NCBI GenBank assembly: GCA_021784495.1
Contig: JAJXSQ010000001.1
Span: 1 to 29,843, forward strand
Length of the DNA: 29,843 nt
Direction: 5' to 3'
DNA from: Myxococcales bacterium
GTDB taxonomy: Bacteria; Myxococcota; Myxococcia; Myxococcales; Anaeromyxobacteraceae
The notes beneath the pieces are model-generated. The model was not told where the DNA came from, made no database searches, and saw only the letters and a list, made by a program, of their open reading frames with translations. The translations under genes were made by a program, and so were the position numbers. Within the stretch, counting starts at the first letter, position 1, and each line of letters opens with the position of its first letter. Below, piece after piece: positions 1-11,309 of this stretch.

Positions 1-290
1 CGGGCGGGCGGCGCGGCGCCCGCGGGCGGGGCGGCCGAGGTCCCCTCCCCGGCCTCGAGCTCCAGCTCGACGAGCGGCGCGTGGACCTGGGCGAGCTGGC
101 CGACGGCGGCGCACCGGCGGACGACCCGCCCCCGCCGCGGCGAGGGGATCACCACCGTCGCCTTGTCGGTCATCACCTCGACGAGCGGCTGGTCCTCGGC
201 CACCCGCTCGCCCTCCTCCACCAGCCACTTCAGGACCTCCGCCTCGACGACGCCCTCGCCGATGTCGGGGAGCTCGAGCGTGTAGGACAT
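1..290 (-). CDS. bkdB: Dihydrolipoamide acyltransferase (E2) of 2-oxoacid dehydrogenase, N-terminal lipoyl domain; partial, continues off the left edge
   Basis: Manual translation from ATG at 290: MSYTLELPDIGEGVVEAEVLKWLVEEGERVAEDQPLVEVMTDKATVVIPSP. This is a lipoyl domain with the TDKA lipoyl-lysine motif, followed by an Ala/Pro linker, directly downstream of E1 beta. Confidence 0.92.
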   Translation of the reverse strand, partial: MSYTLELPDIGEGVVEAEVLKWLVEEGERVAEDQPLVEVMTDKATVVIPSPRRGRVVRRCAAVGQLAQVHAPLVELELEAGEGTSAAPPAGAAPPA

Positions 291-308
291 GGCCACCTCG
301 GCGCCGCG

Positions 309-1283
309 CTAGAAGCGGACCGTCCTGCGGATCGCGTCGAGGATCCGGGGGGCCCGCGGGAGGTACTCGTTCTCGAGCGTGTAGGGGAAGGGGGTGTCGA
401 AGCCGGTCACCCGGACCGCCGGCGCCTCGAGCCGGAGGAAGCAGCGCTCCTGGGTGAGCGCCACCAGCTCGGCCCCGAACCCGCAGGTCCGCGGCGCCTC
501 GTGGACGACGACGAGCCGCCCGGTCCGGTCGACCGACGCCACCAGGGTGTCGAGATCGAGCGGCTGCAGCGAGCGCAGGTCGATCACCTCGCAGTCGATC
601 CCCTCCGCCGCGGCCTCCCGCGCCGCGCGGTCGGCCTCGTGCCACATCGCCCCCCAGGCGACCACCGTCACCTGGGTCCCGGGGCGGGTCACGACCGCCT
701 GGCCGAGCGGGAGCGCCTCGTCGCCCTCCGGCACCTCCCCGCGGGCCGCGCGGTAGACGCGCTTGGGCTCGAGGAAGACGACCGGGTCCGGGTCCCGGAT
801 CGCGGCGAGGAGCAGCCCCTTCGCGTCCCGCGGCGTCGCCGGCACGACCACCTTGAGCCCGGCGGTGTGGATGAAGTGGGCCTCCGGCGACTGGGAGTGA
901 TAGTGACCGCCGTGGATGCCGCCGCCGTAGGGCATCCGGATCACCAGCGGGCAGGCGAACTGGCCGCCGGAGCGGTACCGGTACTTCGCCACCTCGCTCA
1001 GGATCTGATCGAACGCCGGGAAGGCGAAGTCGGCGAACTGGATCTCGGGCACCGGCCGGAGGCCCTGGAGGGCCATGCCCAGCGCGGCGCCGACGATCCC
1101 CCCCTCGGCGAGCGGCGTGTCGACGACCCGCTCCTCGCCGAACTCCGCCTGGAGCCCGGCGGTGGCGCGGAAGACGCCCCCGAACCGGCCGACGTCCTCG
1201 CCGAGCACCACCACCCGGGGGTCCCGGCGCATCTCGGTCCGGAGCGCGTCGTTCACCGCCTGGAGGAGGTTGAGCGCGGCCAT
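309..1283 (-). CDS. bkdA2: 2-oxoacid (branched-chain/pyruvate) dehydrogenase E1 beta subunit
   Basis: 324 aa with GEDVGRFGGVFRAT, DTPLAEGGIVG, EIQFADF, HSQSPEA and HEAPRTCGFGAE motifs. Confidence 0.93.
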   Translation of the reverse strand: MAALNLLQAVNDALRTEMRRDPRVVVLGEDVGRFGGVFRATAGLQAEFGEERVVDTPLAEGGIVGAALGMALQGLRPVPEIQFADFAFPAFDQILSEVAKYRYRSGGQFACPLVIRMPYGGGIHGGHYHSQSPEAHFIHTAGLKVVVPATPRDAKGLLLAAIRDPDPVVFLEPKRVYRAARGEVPEGDEALPLGQAVVTRPGTQVTVVAWGAMWHEADRAAREAAAEGIDCEVIDLRSLQPLDLDTLVASVDRTGRLVVVHEAPRTCGFGAELVALTQERCFLRLEAPAVRVTGFDTPFPYTLENEYLPRAPRILDAIRRTVRF

Positions 1284-1295
1284 CGTCCCTCCCCC

Positions 1296-2495
1296 TCAGG
1301 CGTCGGCGTGGCGTGGATCGGCGACCCGCGGGTCGGCGGCGACCGCCCCGGCGAGCTCCGCGAGCTGCTCCCGCTGCTGCCGGAGCGGCTCGGCGTAGAC
1401 GTCCTCGAAGAGGCTCTCCAGCGGGGGCCGGGGCGGGCGGGCCTCGGCCTCGGCGAGCGCCACCTGGATCTCGGCGGCCACCTCGGCGCGCACCCGCTCG
1501 ACCCCCGCGTCGTCGAGGAGCCCCCGGCGGAGGAGGAGCCGGCGGAGCCGCTCGATCGGATCGCGCCGCCGCCACGGCTCGACGACCGCCGCGGCGCGGT
1601 AGGCCCGGGGGTCGTCGGAGGTGGAGTGGCCCTCCATCCGGTAGGTGACGAGGTCGAGCAGGGTCGGCCCCCCTCCGGCCGCGGCGCGCGCCCGCGCCCG
1701 CCGGGTGGCGGCGTGGACCGCCACGACGTCGTTGCCGTCCACCCGGACCCCGAGCATCCCGTAGGCGACCGCCTTCTGGGCGACCGTCGCCGCCGCGGTC
1801 TGGCGGTCGGTGGGGAGGCTGATGGCCCACCCGTTGTTCCGGCAGGCGAAGATCACCGGGAGGTGGCGCACCGCCGCGAAGTTGAGGCCGACGTGGAACT
1901 CCCCGGAGCTGGTGGCGCCGTCCCCGAAGTAGACCAGGGGGACCATCTCCTCCCCCTGGATGCGCGCCGCCCAGGCCGCGCCGACGGCGTGGGAGATCTG
2001 GGTGCCGATCGGGGAGCTCACCGAGGCGTAGCGGGCCGGGCGCCAGGCCTCGTGGCAGGGCATCTGCCGCCCCTTCCCGGGCGCGGCGGCGTTGCCGAGC
2101 AGGTCGCAGAGGAACGCGGCGAGCGGCATCCCGCGCAGGAGCGCCGCGCCGTGCTCCCGGTAGCAGGGGAAGATCCAGTCGGTCGGCGCCATCGCCGCGG
2201 CCGCGCCGAGGACCGCCGCCTCCTCGCCGATGGCGCCCACGTAGAAGCCGATGCGCCCCTGCCGCTGCAGAGTGATCATCCGCTCGTCGAGCGCCCGGTC
2301 GAGGACCATGGCCCGGTGGAGGCGCAGCAGCTCCTCGCCGGCGAGCAGGACCCGGGACTCGTCGGCCACGAGCCCGTCCTCGTCGACCACCCGCTCGAGC
2401 GGGAAGGGGTCACCGGCCCCCGTGCCGGGCGCGGACTCCCGCGAGGCCGGGGCCCCGACCCTCTCGACCCGGGCTGCCTCCCGCTCCGCCCGCAT
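1296..2495 (-). CDS. bkdA1: 2-oxoacid dehydrogenase E1 alpha subunit, branched-chain (BCKDH) type
   Basis: 399 aa with the TPP motif GDGAT...NN. RQMPCH, SSPIGTQI and HSTSDD resemble BCKDH more than classical PDH (HSMSD). Confidence 0.88.
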   Translation of the reverse strand: MRAEREAARVERVGAPASRESAPGTGAGDPFPLERVVDEDGLVADESRVLLAGEELLRLHRAMVLDRALDERMITLQRQGRIGFYVGAIGEEAAVLGAAAAMAPTDWIFPCYREHGAALLRGMPLAAFLCDLLGNAAAPGKGRQMPCHEAWRPARYASVSSPIGTQISHAVGAAWAARIQGEEMVPLVYFGDGATSSGEFHVGLNFAAVRHLPVIFACRNNGWAISLPTDRQTAAATVAQKAVAYGMLGVRVDGNDVVAVHAATRRARARAAAGGGPTLLDLVTYRMEGHSTSDDPRAYRAAAVVEPWRRRDPIERLRRLLLRRGLLDDAGVERVRAEVAAEIQVALAEAEARPPRPPLESLFEDVYAEPLRQQREQLAELAGAVAADPRVADPRHADA

Positions 2496-2507
2496 CGCCC
2501 ACCCCCT

Positions 2508-3488
2508 TCAGCCGCCGGCCCGCCGTCCGAGCTCGCCGCGCAGGAAGAGCTCCGCCGCCCGGTACGAGGACCGGACGAGCGGCCCGGCCGCGACCCAGCG
2601 GAAGCCGCGCCGCAGCCCGAGCTCGCGGAGGGCCTCGAAGCGCTCCGGCGGGATCCACTCGACCACCGGGAGGTGCCAGGCGCTCGGGCGGAGGTACTGC
2701 CCGAGGGTGAGGATCTCGACCCCCGCCGCGCGCAGGTCGTCCATCGCCCCGGCGAGCTCCGCCTCGGTCTCGCCGAGGCCGACCATGAGCGACGACTTGG
2801 TGATCTGCTCCGGGAACCGGGCGCGCATGGCGCGGAGGACGTCCAGGGTCTGGTCGTAGCCCGCCCGCGGGTCGCGCACCGACGGCGTCAGCCGGCGCAC
2901 CGTCTCCAGGTTGGTGGCGAAGACGTCGGGCCGCGCCTCGCCCACCGTCCGGATCGCCTCCGGGTCCCCGCGGAAGTCCGGGGTGAGGACCTCGACGAGG
3001 AGCCCCGGGATCCCGTGGAGCCGCCGGATCGCGTCGGCGAAGTGGGCGGCGCCGCCGTCCGGGAGGTCGTCGCGGTCGACGCTGGTCACCACCACGTAGT
3101 CGAGCCCGAGCCGGGCCACCGCCTCGGCGACGTGGCGGGGCTCGTCGGGATCGAGCGGCGGCGGGCGAGCCGCCGTCTTCACGTTGCAGAACCGGCAGCC
3201 GCGGGTGCAGACGTCTCCCATGAGCATGACCGTCGCGGTCCCGCCCCCCCAGCACTCGCCCACGTTGGGGCAGCGGGCCTCCTCGCAGACGGTGTGCAGC
3301 TGCAGCCCGGCCAGGGTCTCCTTCACCCGCTGGTACCGCTCTCCGCCGGGGAGCCCGACCCGGAGCCAGCGCGGCTTCGGCGCGGCGCGGTCGAGGCCCC
3401 GCTCCCGCCGGAGCGGGGGGGCCCCGGGAGCGGAGGCCCCTCCCTCGGTCGGGAGGGCGTCGAGCGGCGGCTGGAGGGGATCGGCCAT
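2508..3488 (-). CDS. lipA: Lipoyl synthase (radical SAM)
   Basis: 326 aa from ATG 3488, with [12 protein letters not shown] (CX4CX5C), CTRGCRFC (CX3CX2C) and C-terminal RSSY. Confidence 0.96.
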   Translation of the reverse strand: MADPLQPPLDALPTEGGASAPGAPPLRRERGLDRAAPKPRWLRVGLPGGERYQRVKETLAGLQLHTVCEEARCPNVGECWGGGTATVMLMGDVCTRGCRFCNVKTAARPPPLDPDEPRHVAEAVARLGLDYVVVTSVDRDDLPDGGAAHFADAIRRLHGIPGLLVEVLTPDFRGDPEAIRTVGEARPDVFATNLETVRRLTPSVRDPRAGYDQTLDVLRAMRARFPEQITKSSLMVGLGETEAELAGAMDDLRAAGVEILTLGQYLRPSAWHLPVVEWIPPERFEALRELGLRRGFRWVAAGPLVRSSYRAAELFLRGELGRRAGG

Positions 3489-3503
3489 GGCGGTGCCTGT
3501 GGC

Positions 3504-3532
3504 GAGATAGCCGCGCCCGGCGCCTGGGTCAA
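3504..3532 (-). promoter_or_regulatory. Sigma70-like promoter for the lipA-bkd operon
   Basis: TTGACC-17 nt-TATCTC on the minus strand, 15 nt upstream of the lipA ATG. Confidence 0.5.
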
Positions 3533-3547
3533 GGCGCGCAGCGCCGA

Positions 3548-3556
3548 TGCTATAGT
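3548..3556 (+). promoter_or_regulatory. Extended -10 promoter element for the HD-GYP regulator
   Basis: TGcTATAGT in the divergent intergenic region, with a GAGGTGGGG SD-like sequence before ATG 3600. Confidence 0.5.
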
Positions 3557-3599
3557 CGGCGCGAACCCGGCCCCCGGCCGGGGCGCGAGGTGGGGCGAC

Positions 3600-4685
3600 A
3601 TGAGCGAGCGCGGGCCAGAGACCCGGATCGATCCGACCCGGATCCTGGTGGTCGACGACGACGACGCGGTGCGCGACGTGCTCGGGGTGCTCCTCCGCGA
3701 GGAGGGGTACCAGCCGGTCATGGCCGACGGCGCGGAGGCGGCGCTGGCGCGCGCGCGCGCCGAGGAGTTTCCCCTGGTCATCAGCGACATGAAGATGCCG
3801 GGGAAGGACGGCGTCTGGCTCCTCGGCCAGCTCCGCGAGTTCCGCCCCGACACCTCGGTCATCATGCTCACCGCCTTCGGCGACACCGAGGCCGCGGTCG
3901 AGTGCCTGCGGCGCGGGGCGACCGATTACCTCCTCAAGCCGCCCAAGGTGACCGACCTCATTCGCTCGATCGAGCGGGCGCTGGCGCGGCGGCGGCTCGA
4001 CCTCGCCCGCCAGCGCTATCGCCAGGGGCTCGAGAAGCGGGTCCGGGATCGCACCGCGGAGCTCCAGCAGGCGCTCGCCGATCTCGAGACGACCTACTCC
4101 ACGACCCTCTGGGCGCTGGTCGCGGCCCTCGACGCCCGGGAGCACGAGGTGTCGAACCACTCGCAGCGGGTCGTCCGGTACTCGCTCGCGGTGGCCCGGC
4201 GCATGGGGCTGCCGGAGCGCGAGCTCCCGGGGATCGGCCGGGGGGCCCTCCTCCACGACATCGGCAAGATCGGCATCCCCGACGCCATCCTCCTCAAGCC
4301 GGCCAAGCTGACCGACGAGGAGTGGACCGAGATGCGCCGCCACCCGCAGATCGGCTTCGACATCCTGCGCGCGATCCCGTTCCTCGGCCCACCCGCCGAG
4401 GTGGTCCTGTCGCACCAGGAGCGCTTCGACGGGCGCGGCTACCCGCGCGGCCTCGCCGGCGAGGCGATCCCGCTCGGGGCCAGGATCTTCGCCATCGCCG
4501 ACACCTACGACGCGATGACCAGCGACCGCCCCTACCGGCGGCGAACGACGCCCGAGGCGGCCCGCGCCGAGATCCTCCGCTGCTCCGGGACCCAGTTCGA
4601 CCCGCGCTGCGCCGACGCCTTCCTCGCGATCCCGCTCGTCGAGCTCGACGAGCTGGCCCGTCCCACCCCGGAGCACCCCATCTGA
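3600..4685 (+). CDS. Response regulator with REC and HD-GYP domains (RpfG-like putative c-di-GMP phosphodiesterase)
   Basis: 361 aa. REC: [20 protein letters not shown] coiled linker leads to HD-GYP: [38 protein letters not shown]. Confidence 0.93.
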   Translation: MSERGPETRIDPTRILVVDDDDAVRDVLGVLLREEGYQPVMADGAEAALARARAEEFPLVISDMKMPGKDGVWLLGQLREFRPDTSVIMLTAFGDTEAAVECLRRGATDYLLKPPKVTDLIRSIERALARRRLDLARQRYRQGLEKRVRDRTAELQQALADLETTYSTTLWALVAALDAREHEVSNHSQRVVRYSLAVARRMGLPERELPGIGRGALLHDIGKIGIPDAILLKPAKLTDEEWTEMRRHPQIGFDILRAIPFLGPPAEVVLSHQERFDGRGYPRGLAGEAIPLGARIFAIADTYDAMTSDRPYRRRTTPEAARAEILRCSGTQFDPRCADAFLAIPLVELDELARPTPEHPI

Positions 4686-4715
4686 GCGGGCACCCGCCCG
4701 GCCGCCGGCGGCGTC

Positions 4716-4744
4716 GTGACATCCCGCCTGCGCGGCGCTATGAC
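4716..4744 (+). promoter_or_regulatory. Sigma70-like promoter for moaA (near-leaderless)
   Basis: GTGACA-17 nt-TATGAC, 8 nt before the GTG start. Confidence 0.45.
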
Positions 4745-4752
4745 CCGAGGCC

Positions 4753-5757
4753 GTGACGGTTCCCCTGCCGCACCCGCTGGATCGGCCGCTCGCCGACGGT
4801 CAGGGGCGCCGCATCACCTACCTCCGCCTCTCGCTGACCGACCGCTGCAACTTCCGGTGCAGCTACTGCGCCACCGCCTCGCCGGAGCGGCGAGGCGAGC
4901 CGCTGCCCCTCCCCCACCTCGCGCGGCTGGCCTCGATCTTCGCCGGCCTCGGCGTCCGCCGCATCCGGCTCACCGGCGGCGAGCCGACCCTCCGCCGCGA
5001 CCTGATCGAGATCGTCGAGGAGGTGAGCCACACCCCGGGGATCGAGGAGGTCGCGCTCACCACCAACGGCCAGGCGCTCGCCGAGCTGGCCGCGCCGCTC
5101 CGCGCCGCGGGGGTGCGCCGGCTCAACGTCTCGCTCGACACCCTCCGCCCGGCGACCCTCGCCCGGCTCGCCGGCGGCGCCGCCTCGCTCGAGCGGATCC
5201 GGCGCGGGATCGAGGCGGCGGCGGCCGTCGGCTTCGACGGGCTCAAGCTCAACACCGTCGTCGTCCGCGGGGAGAACGACGGCGAGCTCGGCGACCTCGC
5301 GCGGTTCGCCTGGCGCGTCGGCGCCACCGCCCGCTTCATCGAGCTCATGCCCTTCGGGCCCGGGGTGCCGGTGCCGGTCGCGGAGGTCCGGCGGCTCCTG
5401 GAGGCCCAGGGGGTCCGGCTCGCGCCCGACGCGACCCGCGGCTGGGGTCCGGCCACCCACATGCGCGGCGCGTCCACGGTGGGCGGCGAGGCGGTCGGCG
5501 GGCTCGTCGGCTTCATCGGGGCGCTCACCGAGAACTTCTGCGACGGCTGCAACCGGATCCGGGTGGCGGCCGACGGCGCGCTGCGCCCCTGCCTCGGGGG
5601 TCGGGAGGGGCTGCCGCTCCGCGCGCTCCTCGACGCCGGGGCGACCGACCGCGAGATCTCGGCGGCGATCGTCGGCGCCCTGGCGGCCAAGCGGCCCGGC
5701 CACCGGATGGTCGAGGAGGCGGGCCAGCTGCCGTCGATGATCGGCACCGGCGGCTAG
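4753..5757 (+). CDS. moaA: GTP 3',8-cyclase (molybdenum cofactor biosynthesis)
   Basis: 334 aa with [22 protein letters not shown], a C-terminal CDGCNR...C cluster and a terminal IGTGG diglycine. Confidence 0.95.
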   Translation: MTVPLPHPLDRPLADGQGRRITYLRLSLTDRCNFRCSYCATASPERRGEPLPLPHLARLASIFAGLGVRRIRLTGGEPTLRRDLIEIVEEVSHTPGIEEVALTTNGQALAELAAPLRAAGVRRLNVSLDTLRPATLARLAGGAASLERIRRGIEAAAAVGFDGLKLNTVVVRGENDGELGDLARFAWRVGATARFIELMPFGPGVPVPVAEVRRLLEAQGVRLAPDATRGWGPATHMRGASTVGGEAVGGLVGFIGALTENFCDGCNRIRVAADGALRPCLGGREGLPLRALLDAGATDREISAAIVGALAAKRPGHRMVEEAGQLPSMIGTGG

Positions 5758-5783
5758 CCGCGCCGGCCTGGGCGGGGGCCTCG

Positions 5784-6203
5784 CTAGGCGGCGGCCGCGC
5801 GGGGGTGGACGTTCGCCCGGATCCAGTCGACGGTGACCTGGGTCGACGTCCCCGGGAGGAAGAGCTCGGCGACCCCCTGCCCCTTCAGGACCGGGACGTC
5901 GTCCTGGGGGATGATGCCGCCGCCGAACACCTTGACGTCGCCGGCGTCCTGCGCGCGGAGGAGCTCGAGGACCGCCGGGAAGATGGTCATGTGGGCGCCG
6001 GAGAGGATCGAGAGCCCGACCGCGTCCACGTCCTCCTGGATGGCCGCGGCGACGATCATCTCGGGGGTCTGGTGGAGGCCGGTGTAGATGACCTCCATCC
6101 CCGCGTCGCGGAGCGCCCGGGCGATGATCTTGGCGCCGCGGTCGTGGCCGTCGAGGCCCGGCTTGGCGACGAGGATGCGAAGCGGTCGAATCGCGCTGCT
6201 CAT
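5784..6203 (-). CDS. icmB: B12-binding small subunit of an acyl-CoA mutase (IcmB-like)
   Basis: 139 aa from ATG 6203, with [11 protein letters not shown] (DxHxxG), SILSGAH and GGIIP. Stand-alone cobalamin-binding domain downstream of the large subunit. Confidence 0.85.
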   Translation of the reverse strand: MSSAIRPLRILVAKPGLDGHDRGAKIIARALRDAGMEVIYTGLHQTPEMIVAAAIQEDVDAVGLSILSGAHMTIFPAVLELLRAQDAGDVKVFGGGIIPQDDVPVLKGQGVAELFLPGTSTQVTVDWIRANVHPRAAAA

Positions 6204-6301
6204 GGCGGCTCCTCCCGGATCGGTGACCGATCTCGTACCGCACCTCGGGGGAAGGCGCCAGCCGCCGTCCACGACGCGCGGCGCCATCGCCCGCCGAGGC
6301 G

Positions 6302-7984
<1,683 letters not shown>

Positions 7985-8119
7985 CTCCCCTCCCTACCCT
8001 CAACGGCCGGGGACGGGAAGGTCGCGGTCGGGTGTACGGCGCGGGGAGGCCGGGGACCGGCGCGCCCGCGCCGGCGCGCCGCCCCGACCAGCGGGCGACG
8101 CAGCGGCGGGGCGGGGGTG

Positions 8120-8193
8120 TGGTGAGGGGGAGAATCGAACTCCCGACCTAGGGATTATGAGACCCTCGCTCTGGCCGACTGAGCTACCTCACC
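8120..8193 (-). tRNA. tRNA with CAT anticodon (elongator Met or Ile2); CCA not encoded
   Basis: GGTGAGG-TA-GCTC-AGTCGGCCA-GAGC-G-AGGGT-CTCATAA-TCCCT-AGGTC-GGGAG-TTCGATT-CTCCC-CCTCACC-A folds as a cloverleaf. The G1-C72 pair argues against initiator tRNA. Confidence 0.95.
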
Positions 8194-8229
8194 GGAGGTG
8201 CCGCGGCCTTCCGGCCGCGAGAACGCGGG

Positions 8230-8258
8230 GTTATAGGTCCCCCGCCGCAGGTCGTCAA
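8230..8258 (-). promoter_or_regulatory. Near-consensus sigma70 promoter for the tRNA(CAT)
   Basis: TTGACG-17 nt-TATAAC followed by a GC-rich discriminator, giving a leader of about 30 nt. The -35 overlaps the TGA stop of the upstream gene. Confidence 0.75.
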
Positions 8259-9376
8259 GCGGGCCGATCTCCCCCTCGCCCGACCGCCCCGGGCGCCGCC
8301 CGGCCCGCGCCCGCCTCGCCCGCGGAGCGCCCGGCGCCGGCGGCCTCGGCCTCCTCCTCCTCCAGCTCTGCGCCGGAGGCGGCCGGCGCCGCCAGGAGCT
8401 GCGCCAGCCGGATGTGGCGAGACGGCAGGAAGGCCAGGCCGAGGAGGGTCTGGAAGCCGACCTGCACCGCCCACAGGACGTTGGCGTAGGCGAGCCCGTG
8501 GGTCGCGGTCACCTCCCGGCTGGTGAAGAGCGACAGGCCGATCACCACCGCGCCCTGGAAGGTGCCGACCATCCCCGGCCCGGCCGGGATCATCACCCCG
8601 ACGACCAGGACGCCGAGCACCGTGAAGGCCTGCGCCGCGTCGAGCTGGATGGCGAACCCCCGGGCGAGGATCTGCATCCCCCACCCGCTGAGCCCCCAGT
8701 AGCCGAGGGTGAGCGCGACGAAGAGCGCGACCTTGGCGCGGCTCGGCACCAGCCGGAGCCCGGTGATGAAGGCGTCGACCATCCCCGCCGCCCGCGCGGC
8801 CAGGCGCGGCGAGAAGGGGCCGAGCGCCCGGGCGGTGAGCCGCACGGCGAGCGCCCGGCTCCGGTAGGCGACCACGAGGAAGGCGAGGAGGCCCGCGAAG
8901 GCGAGCGAGACGGCCACCCCGGCCACCCGGATGACGCGCAGGCCGGGGGTCCCCGCCGGCACGGCGAGGAGGGTGGCGACGAGGAGGAGGCCGGTGAAGA
9001 GGCCGTCGGCGACGCGCTCGACCACGATGCTGGAGAGGGCGGAGGACATCCGCAGGCGCGGCCGGTCGGCGACGAGGTAGGGCCGGGCGAACTCGCCGAG
9101 CCGGAACGGGAAGAGCACGAGCGCCATGAAGCCGACGGCGGTGGCGGCGTTGAGGCGCGAGAACGGGACCTTGGCGACCGGCTCGAGCAGGATCCCCCAG
9201 CGCACGGTGCGGATGAGGTGGATGGCCACCAGGGTGAGGAGGTAGGGCAGGAGGACCCGGTAGTCGGCCTCGCGCGCCGCCCCCCAGATCGCGCCCAGGT
9301 CCTTGCCGCGCAGCGTGAGCCAGAGCGCCCCCGCGGAGATGGCGAACCCGACCGTGGCCTGCAGCGCTCGCTTCAC
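8255..9376 (-). CDS. UPF0104 / lysylphosphatidylglycerol-synthase TM (flippase-like) membrane protein
   Basis: 373 aa from GTG 9376 (GTGA overlap with the PHP stop). Multiple TM helices, RTVRWGILL, PFRLGEFAR, SSIVVERVADG and IPAGPGMVGTF are typical of this family. Confidence 0.85.
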   Translation of the reverse strand: MKRALQATVGFAISAGALWLTLRGKDLGAIWGAAREADYRVLLPYLLTLVAIHLIRTVRWGILLEPVAKVPFSRLNAATAVGFMALVLFPFRLGEFARPYLVADRPRLRMSSALSSIVVERVADGLFTGLLLVATLLAVPAGTPGLRVIRVAGVAVSLAFAGLLAFLVVAYRSRALAVRLTARALGPFSPRLAARAAGMVDAFITGLRLVPSRAKVALFVALTLGYWGLSGWGMQILARGFAIQLDAAQAFTVLGVLVVGVMIPAGPGMVGTFQGAVVIGLSLFTSREVTATHGLAYANVLWAVQVGFQTLLGLAFLPSRHIRLAQLLAAPAASGAELEEEEAEAAGAGRSAGEAGAGRAAPGAVGRGGDRPA

Positions 9377-10098
9377 GGGAGCTCCTCGCCGGCCAGGATC
9401 CGCCGCGGCTGCTCGTCGAGGAGCCGGGCGAGCGCCGCGGCGCCGGCCCGCCGCTCGAGCGCCTCCAGGGCCTCCGGGACCCACTCGTCGGCGCCGTCGG
9501 GGTGGTGGAGGTCGGTCGCCGCCACGGCGTAGAGCCCGTCGTCGAGGAGCCGCTGGGCGAGCCGGCCCACGCTCCGCCCGAAGAGCCCGACGAGGGAGCC
9601 GAGGTTGAGCTGGAGCGCGCCGCCGAGGCGGACCACCTCCTCGGCCCGGCCCGGCCGCTCGAACTCCGCGCACCGCTCCGGGTGGGCGAAGAGCGGCGCC
9701 ACGCCGAGCCGCTGGAGCCGGAAGACCAGGTCCGGGAGCGCCGGCACCCCCTGGCGGAAGGGGAGCTCGACGAGCGCCCAGCGCCCGGAGGCGCCGATCC
9801 CGCGGCGGCCGGGGCCCGCGGCGCGCTCCAGGAAGGCCTCGTCGAGCTTGTTCTCGGCGTTCCGGTGGAGCGCGAGCGACACGCCCTCCCGGGCGAGGAG
9901 GGCCCCGAGCTCGCCGCGGCGCGCGTCGCAGGCCTCCGGATCCCCCGACGGCATCTCCGGGGAGGCGTGCGGGCTCGGCGCGAGATCGCTGAACCCCAGC
10001 GACGCGAGCAGGCGCGCGGCGGCGAGGGCCTCGGCGGACGTCTCGACGCCGTCGTCGAGGCCCCAGAGGAGATGGCAGTGGAGATCGACGAGCCCCAT
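9373..10098 (-). CDS. PHP-family tyrosine-protein phosphatase (CpsB/YwqE-like)
   Basis: 241 aa with DLHCHLLWGLDDG, SPH, AHPER, QLNLGSL and ATDLH. Confidence 0.88.
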   Translation of the reverse strand: MGLVDLHCHLLWGLDDGVETSAEALAAARLLASLGFSDLAPSPHASPEMPSGDPEACDARRGELGALLAREGVSLALHRNAENKLDEAFLERAAGPGRRGIGASGRWALVELPFRQGVPALPDLVFRLQRLGVAPLFAHPERCAEFERPGRAEEVVRLGGALQLNLGSLVGLFGRSVGRLAQRLLDDGLYAVAATDLHHPDGADEWVPEALEALERRAGAAALARLLDEQPRRILAGEELP

Positions 10099-10109
10099 GG
10101 GCGCGCGGC

Positions 10110-10118
10110 CTCATACCA
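10110..10118 (-). promoter_or_regulatory. Extended -10 element for the PHP gene
   Basis: TGgTATGAG 11 nt upstream of the ATG; no SD present. Confidence 0.35.
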
Positions 10119-10161
10119 CGCCGGCCCGGCCCGCGGCGAGGCGCCGGCGGGCCTCCGCCGG

Positions 10162-11100
10162 TCAGGGCACGGGGTGCAGCGGCGGCTCTCCGCGCGCCAC
10201 CCGCTCGACCTCCTCCACGACCATGGCGGTGATCGCCTCGCGCGTCTCGCGGGTCCCGGAGCCGAGGTGCGGGGTGAGGACCACGTTCTCCAGCGCCAGG
10301 TAGGCGGCCGGCACCCGGGGCTCGTCGCGGAACACGTCGAGCCCCGCCCCCGCGAGCCGCCCCTCGCGCAGCGCCCCGGCGAGCGCCGCGTCGTCCACGA
10401 CCTGCCCCCGGGCGGTGTTGACCAGGATCGCCCCCGGCCGCATCCGGCCGATGCGCTCGCTCGACAGCAGCCCGTCGGTCGCCGGGGTGAGCGGGACGTG
10501 GAGGGACACCGCGTGGGAGGCGGCGAGGAGCTCGTCGAGGGGGAGCCGCCGCGCGCCGGGGAACTCCACCTCGCGCGGGCCGGCGTAGACGATCGACAGC
10601 CCGAGGGCGACCGCCCGGCGCGCCACCGCCTGGCCGATCCGCCCGAAGCCGACGAGCCCCAGCACCTTCCCGTCGAGGCCGGTCCCCAGGAGGTAGGCCG
10701 GGTCGAGCGAGGTCCACCCCCCCCGCCGGATGATCCGGTCCCCCTCGACCACCCGCCGGGCCACCGCGAGCAGGAGGGCGATCGCGTGCTCGGCCGTCGC
10801 CTCGGTCACCACCCCGGGGGTGTTGGTGACCAGGAGGCGCCGGCGCCGGCAGGCCTCGAGATCGAGGTGGTTCACCCCGACGCCGTACGAGGCGAGGTGG
10901 CGGAGGCGCGGGAGGCCGGCGAGGAGCTCCTCGTCCACGCGGTCCAGGTAGCTCACCACCAGGACCTCGGCGTCGCGCGCCTCGGCCAGGACGGCGGCGC
11001 GCGGCGCCGCGGCGCCGTTGCCGCGGAGGTCGAAGCGGGCGGCCAGCCGCCCGAGGAGCCCGCCCGGGAGCGAGCGGATGGCGTACGCGATGGGCTTCAT
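10162..11100 (-). CDS. D-isomer-specific 2-hydroxyacid dehydrogenase (glyoxylate/hydroxypyruvate reductase family)
   Basis: 312 aa from ATG 11100, with GVGVNHLD, TNTPGV, GLVGFGRIG, LVNTARG, GLDVFRDEP and LTPHLGS. Confidence 0.92.
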   Translation of the reverse strand: MKPIAYAIRSLPGGLLGRLAARFDLRGNGAAAPRAAVLAEARDAEVLVVSYLDRVDEELLAGLPRLRHLASYGVGVNHLDLEACRRRRLLVTNTPGVVTEATAEHAIALLLAVARRVVEGDRIIRRGGWTSLDPAYLLGTGLDGKVLGLVGFGRIGQAVARRAVALGLSIVYAGPREVEFPGARRLPLDELLAASHAVSLHVPLTPATDGLLSSERIGRMRPGAILVNTARGQVVDDAALAGALREGRLAGAGLDVFRDEPRVPAAYLALENVVLTPHLGSGTRETREAITAMVVEEVERVARGEPPLHPVP

Positions 11101-11309
11101 GAGTCCTCTCCTTCTCCTCGGGGGTCGCCGCCGGGGTCCCCGTCCGCCCCGTCGCCGCCCCGCTCGGCGGCGATCCGGTAGGAGCCGTCGAGCCAGCGCC
11201 CCAGGTCGGCCAGGCGGCAACGGTCGCTGCAGAAGGGGAAGGCGCGGTTCCCGGCGCGCGGCGCGACCGCGCCCCCGCAGCTCCGGCATCTGCGGACCGG
11301 GGCGGTCAT
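11097..11309 (-). CDS. yacG: DNA gyrase inhibitor YacG (zinc finger)
   Basis: 70 aa: CRSC...FPFCSDRCRLADLGRWLDGSYRI followed by an acidic tail. ATGA overlaps on both sides. Confidence 0.9.
   Translation of the reverse strand: MTAPVRRCRSCGGAVAPRAGNRAFPFCSDRCRLADLGRWLDGSYRIAAERGGDGADGDPGGDPRGEGEDS

Noticed and set aside
81-3599. 1534-aa plus-strand ORF and the many other long overlapping ORFs (e.g. 6332-8125, 11018-13624, 19121-21139, 23288-24361, 24341-26182)
   Set aside because: These are antisense or alternate-frame shadows of clear genes, caused by stop-codon scarcity at very high GC. They are R/G/P-rich with no motifs. Only embedded segments, such as 3600-4685, are real.
7985-8119. Possible cobalamin riboswitch upstream of the B12 mutase
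   Set aside because: The region is short and lacks the B12-box and conserved GGGAA/GCCACUG elements on the minus strand; it has only a generic GC hairpin (8057-8074).
8100-8200. Integrative element at the tRNA(CAT)
   Set aside because: Both flanks are housekeeping genes, with no att repeat or integrase.
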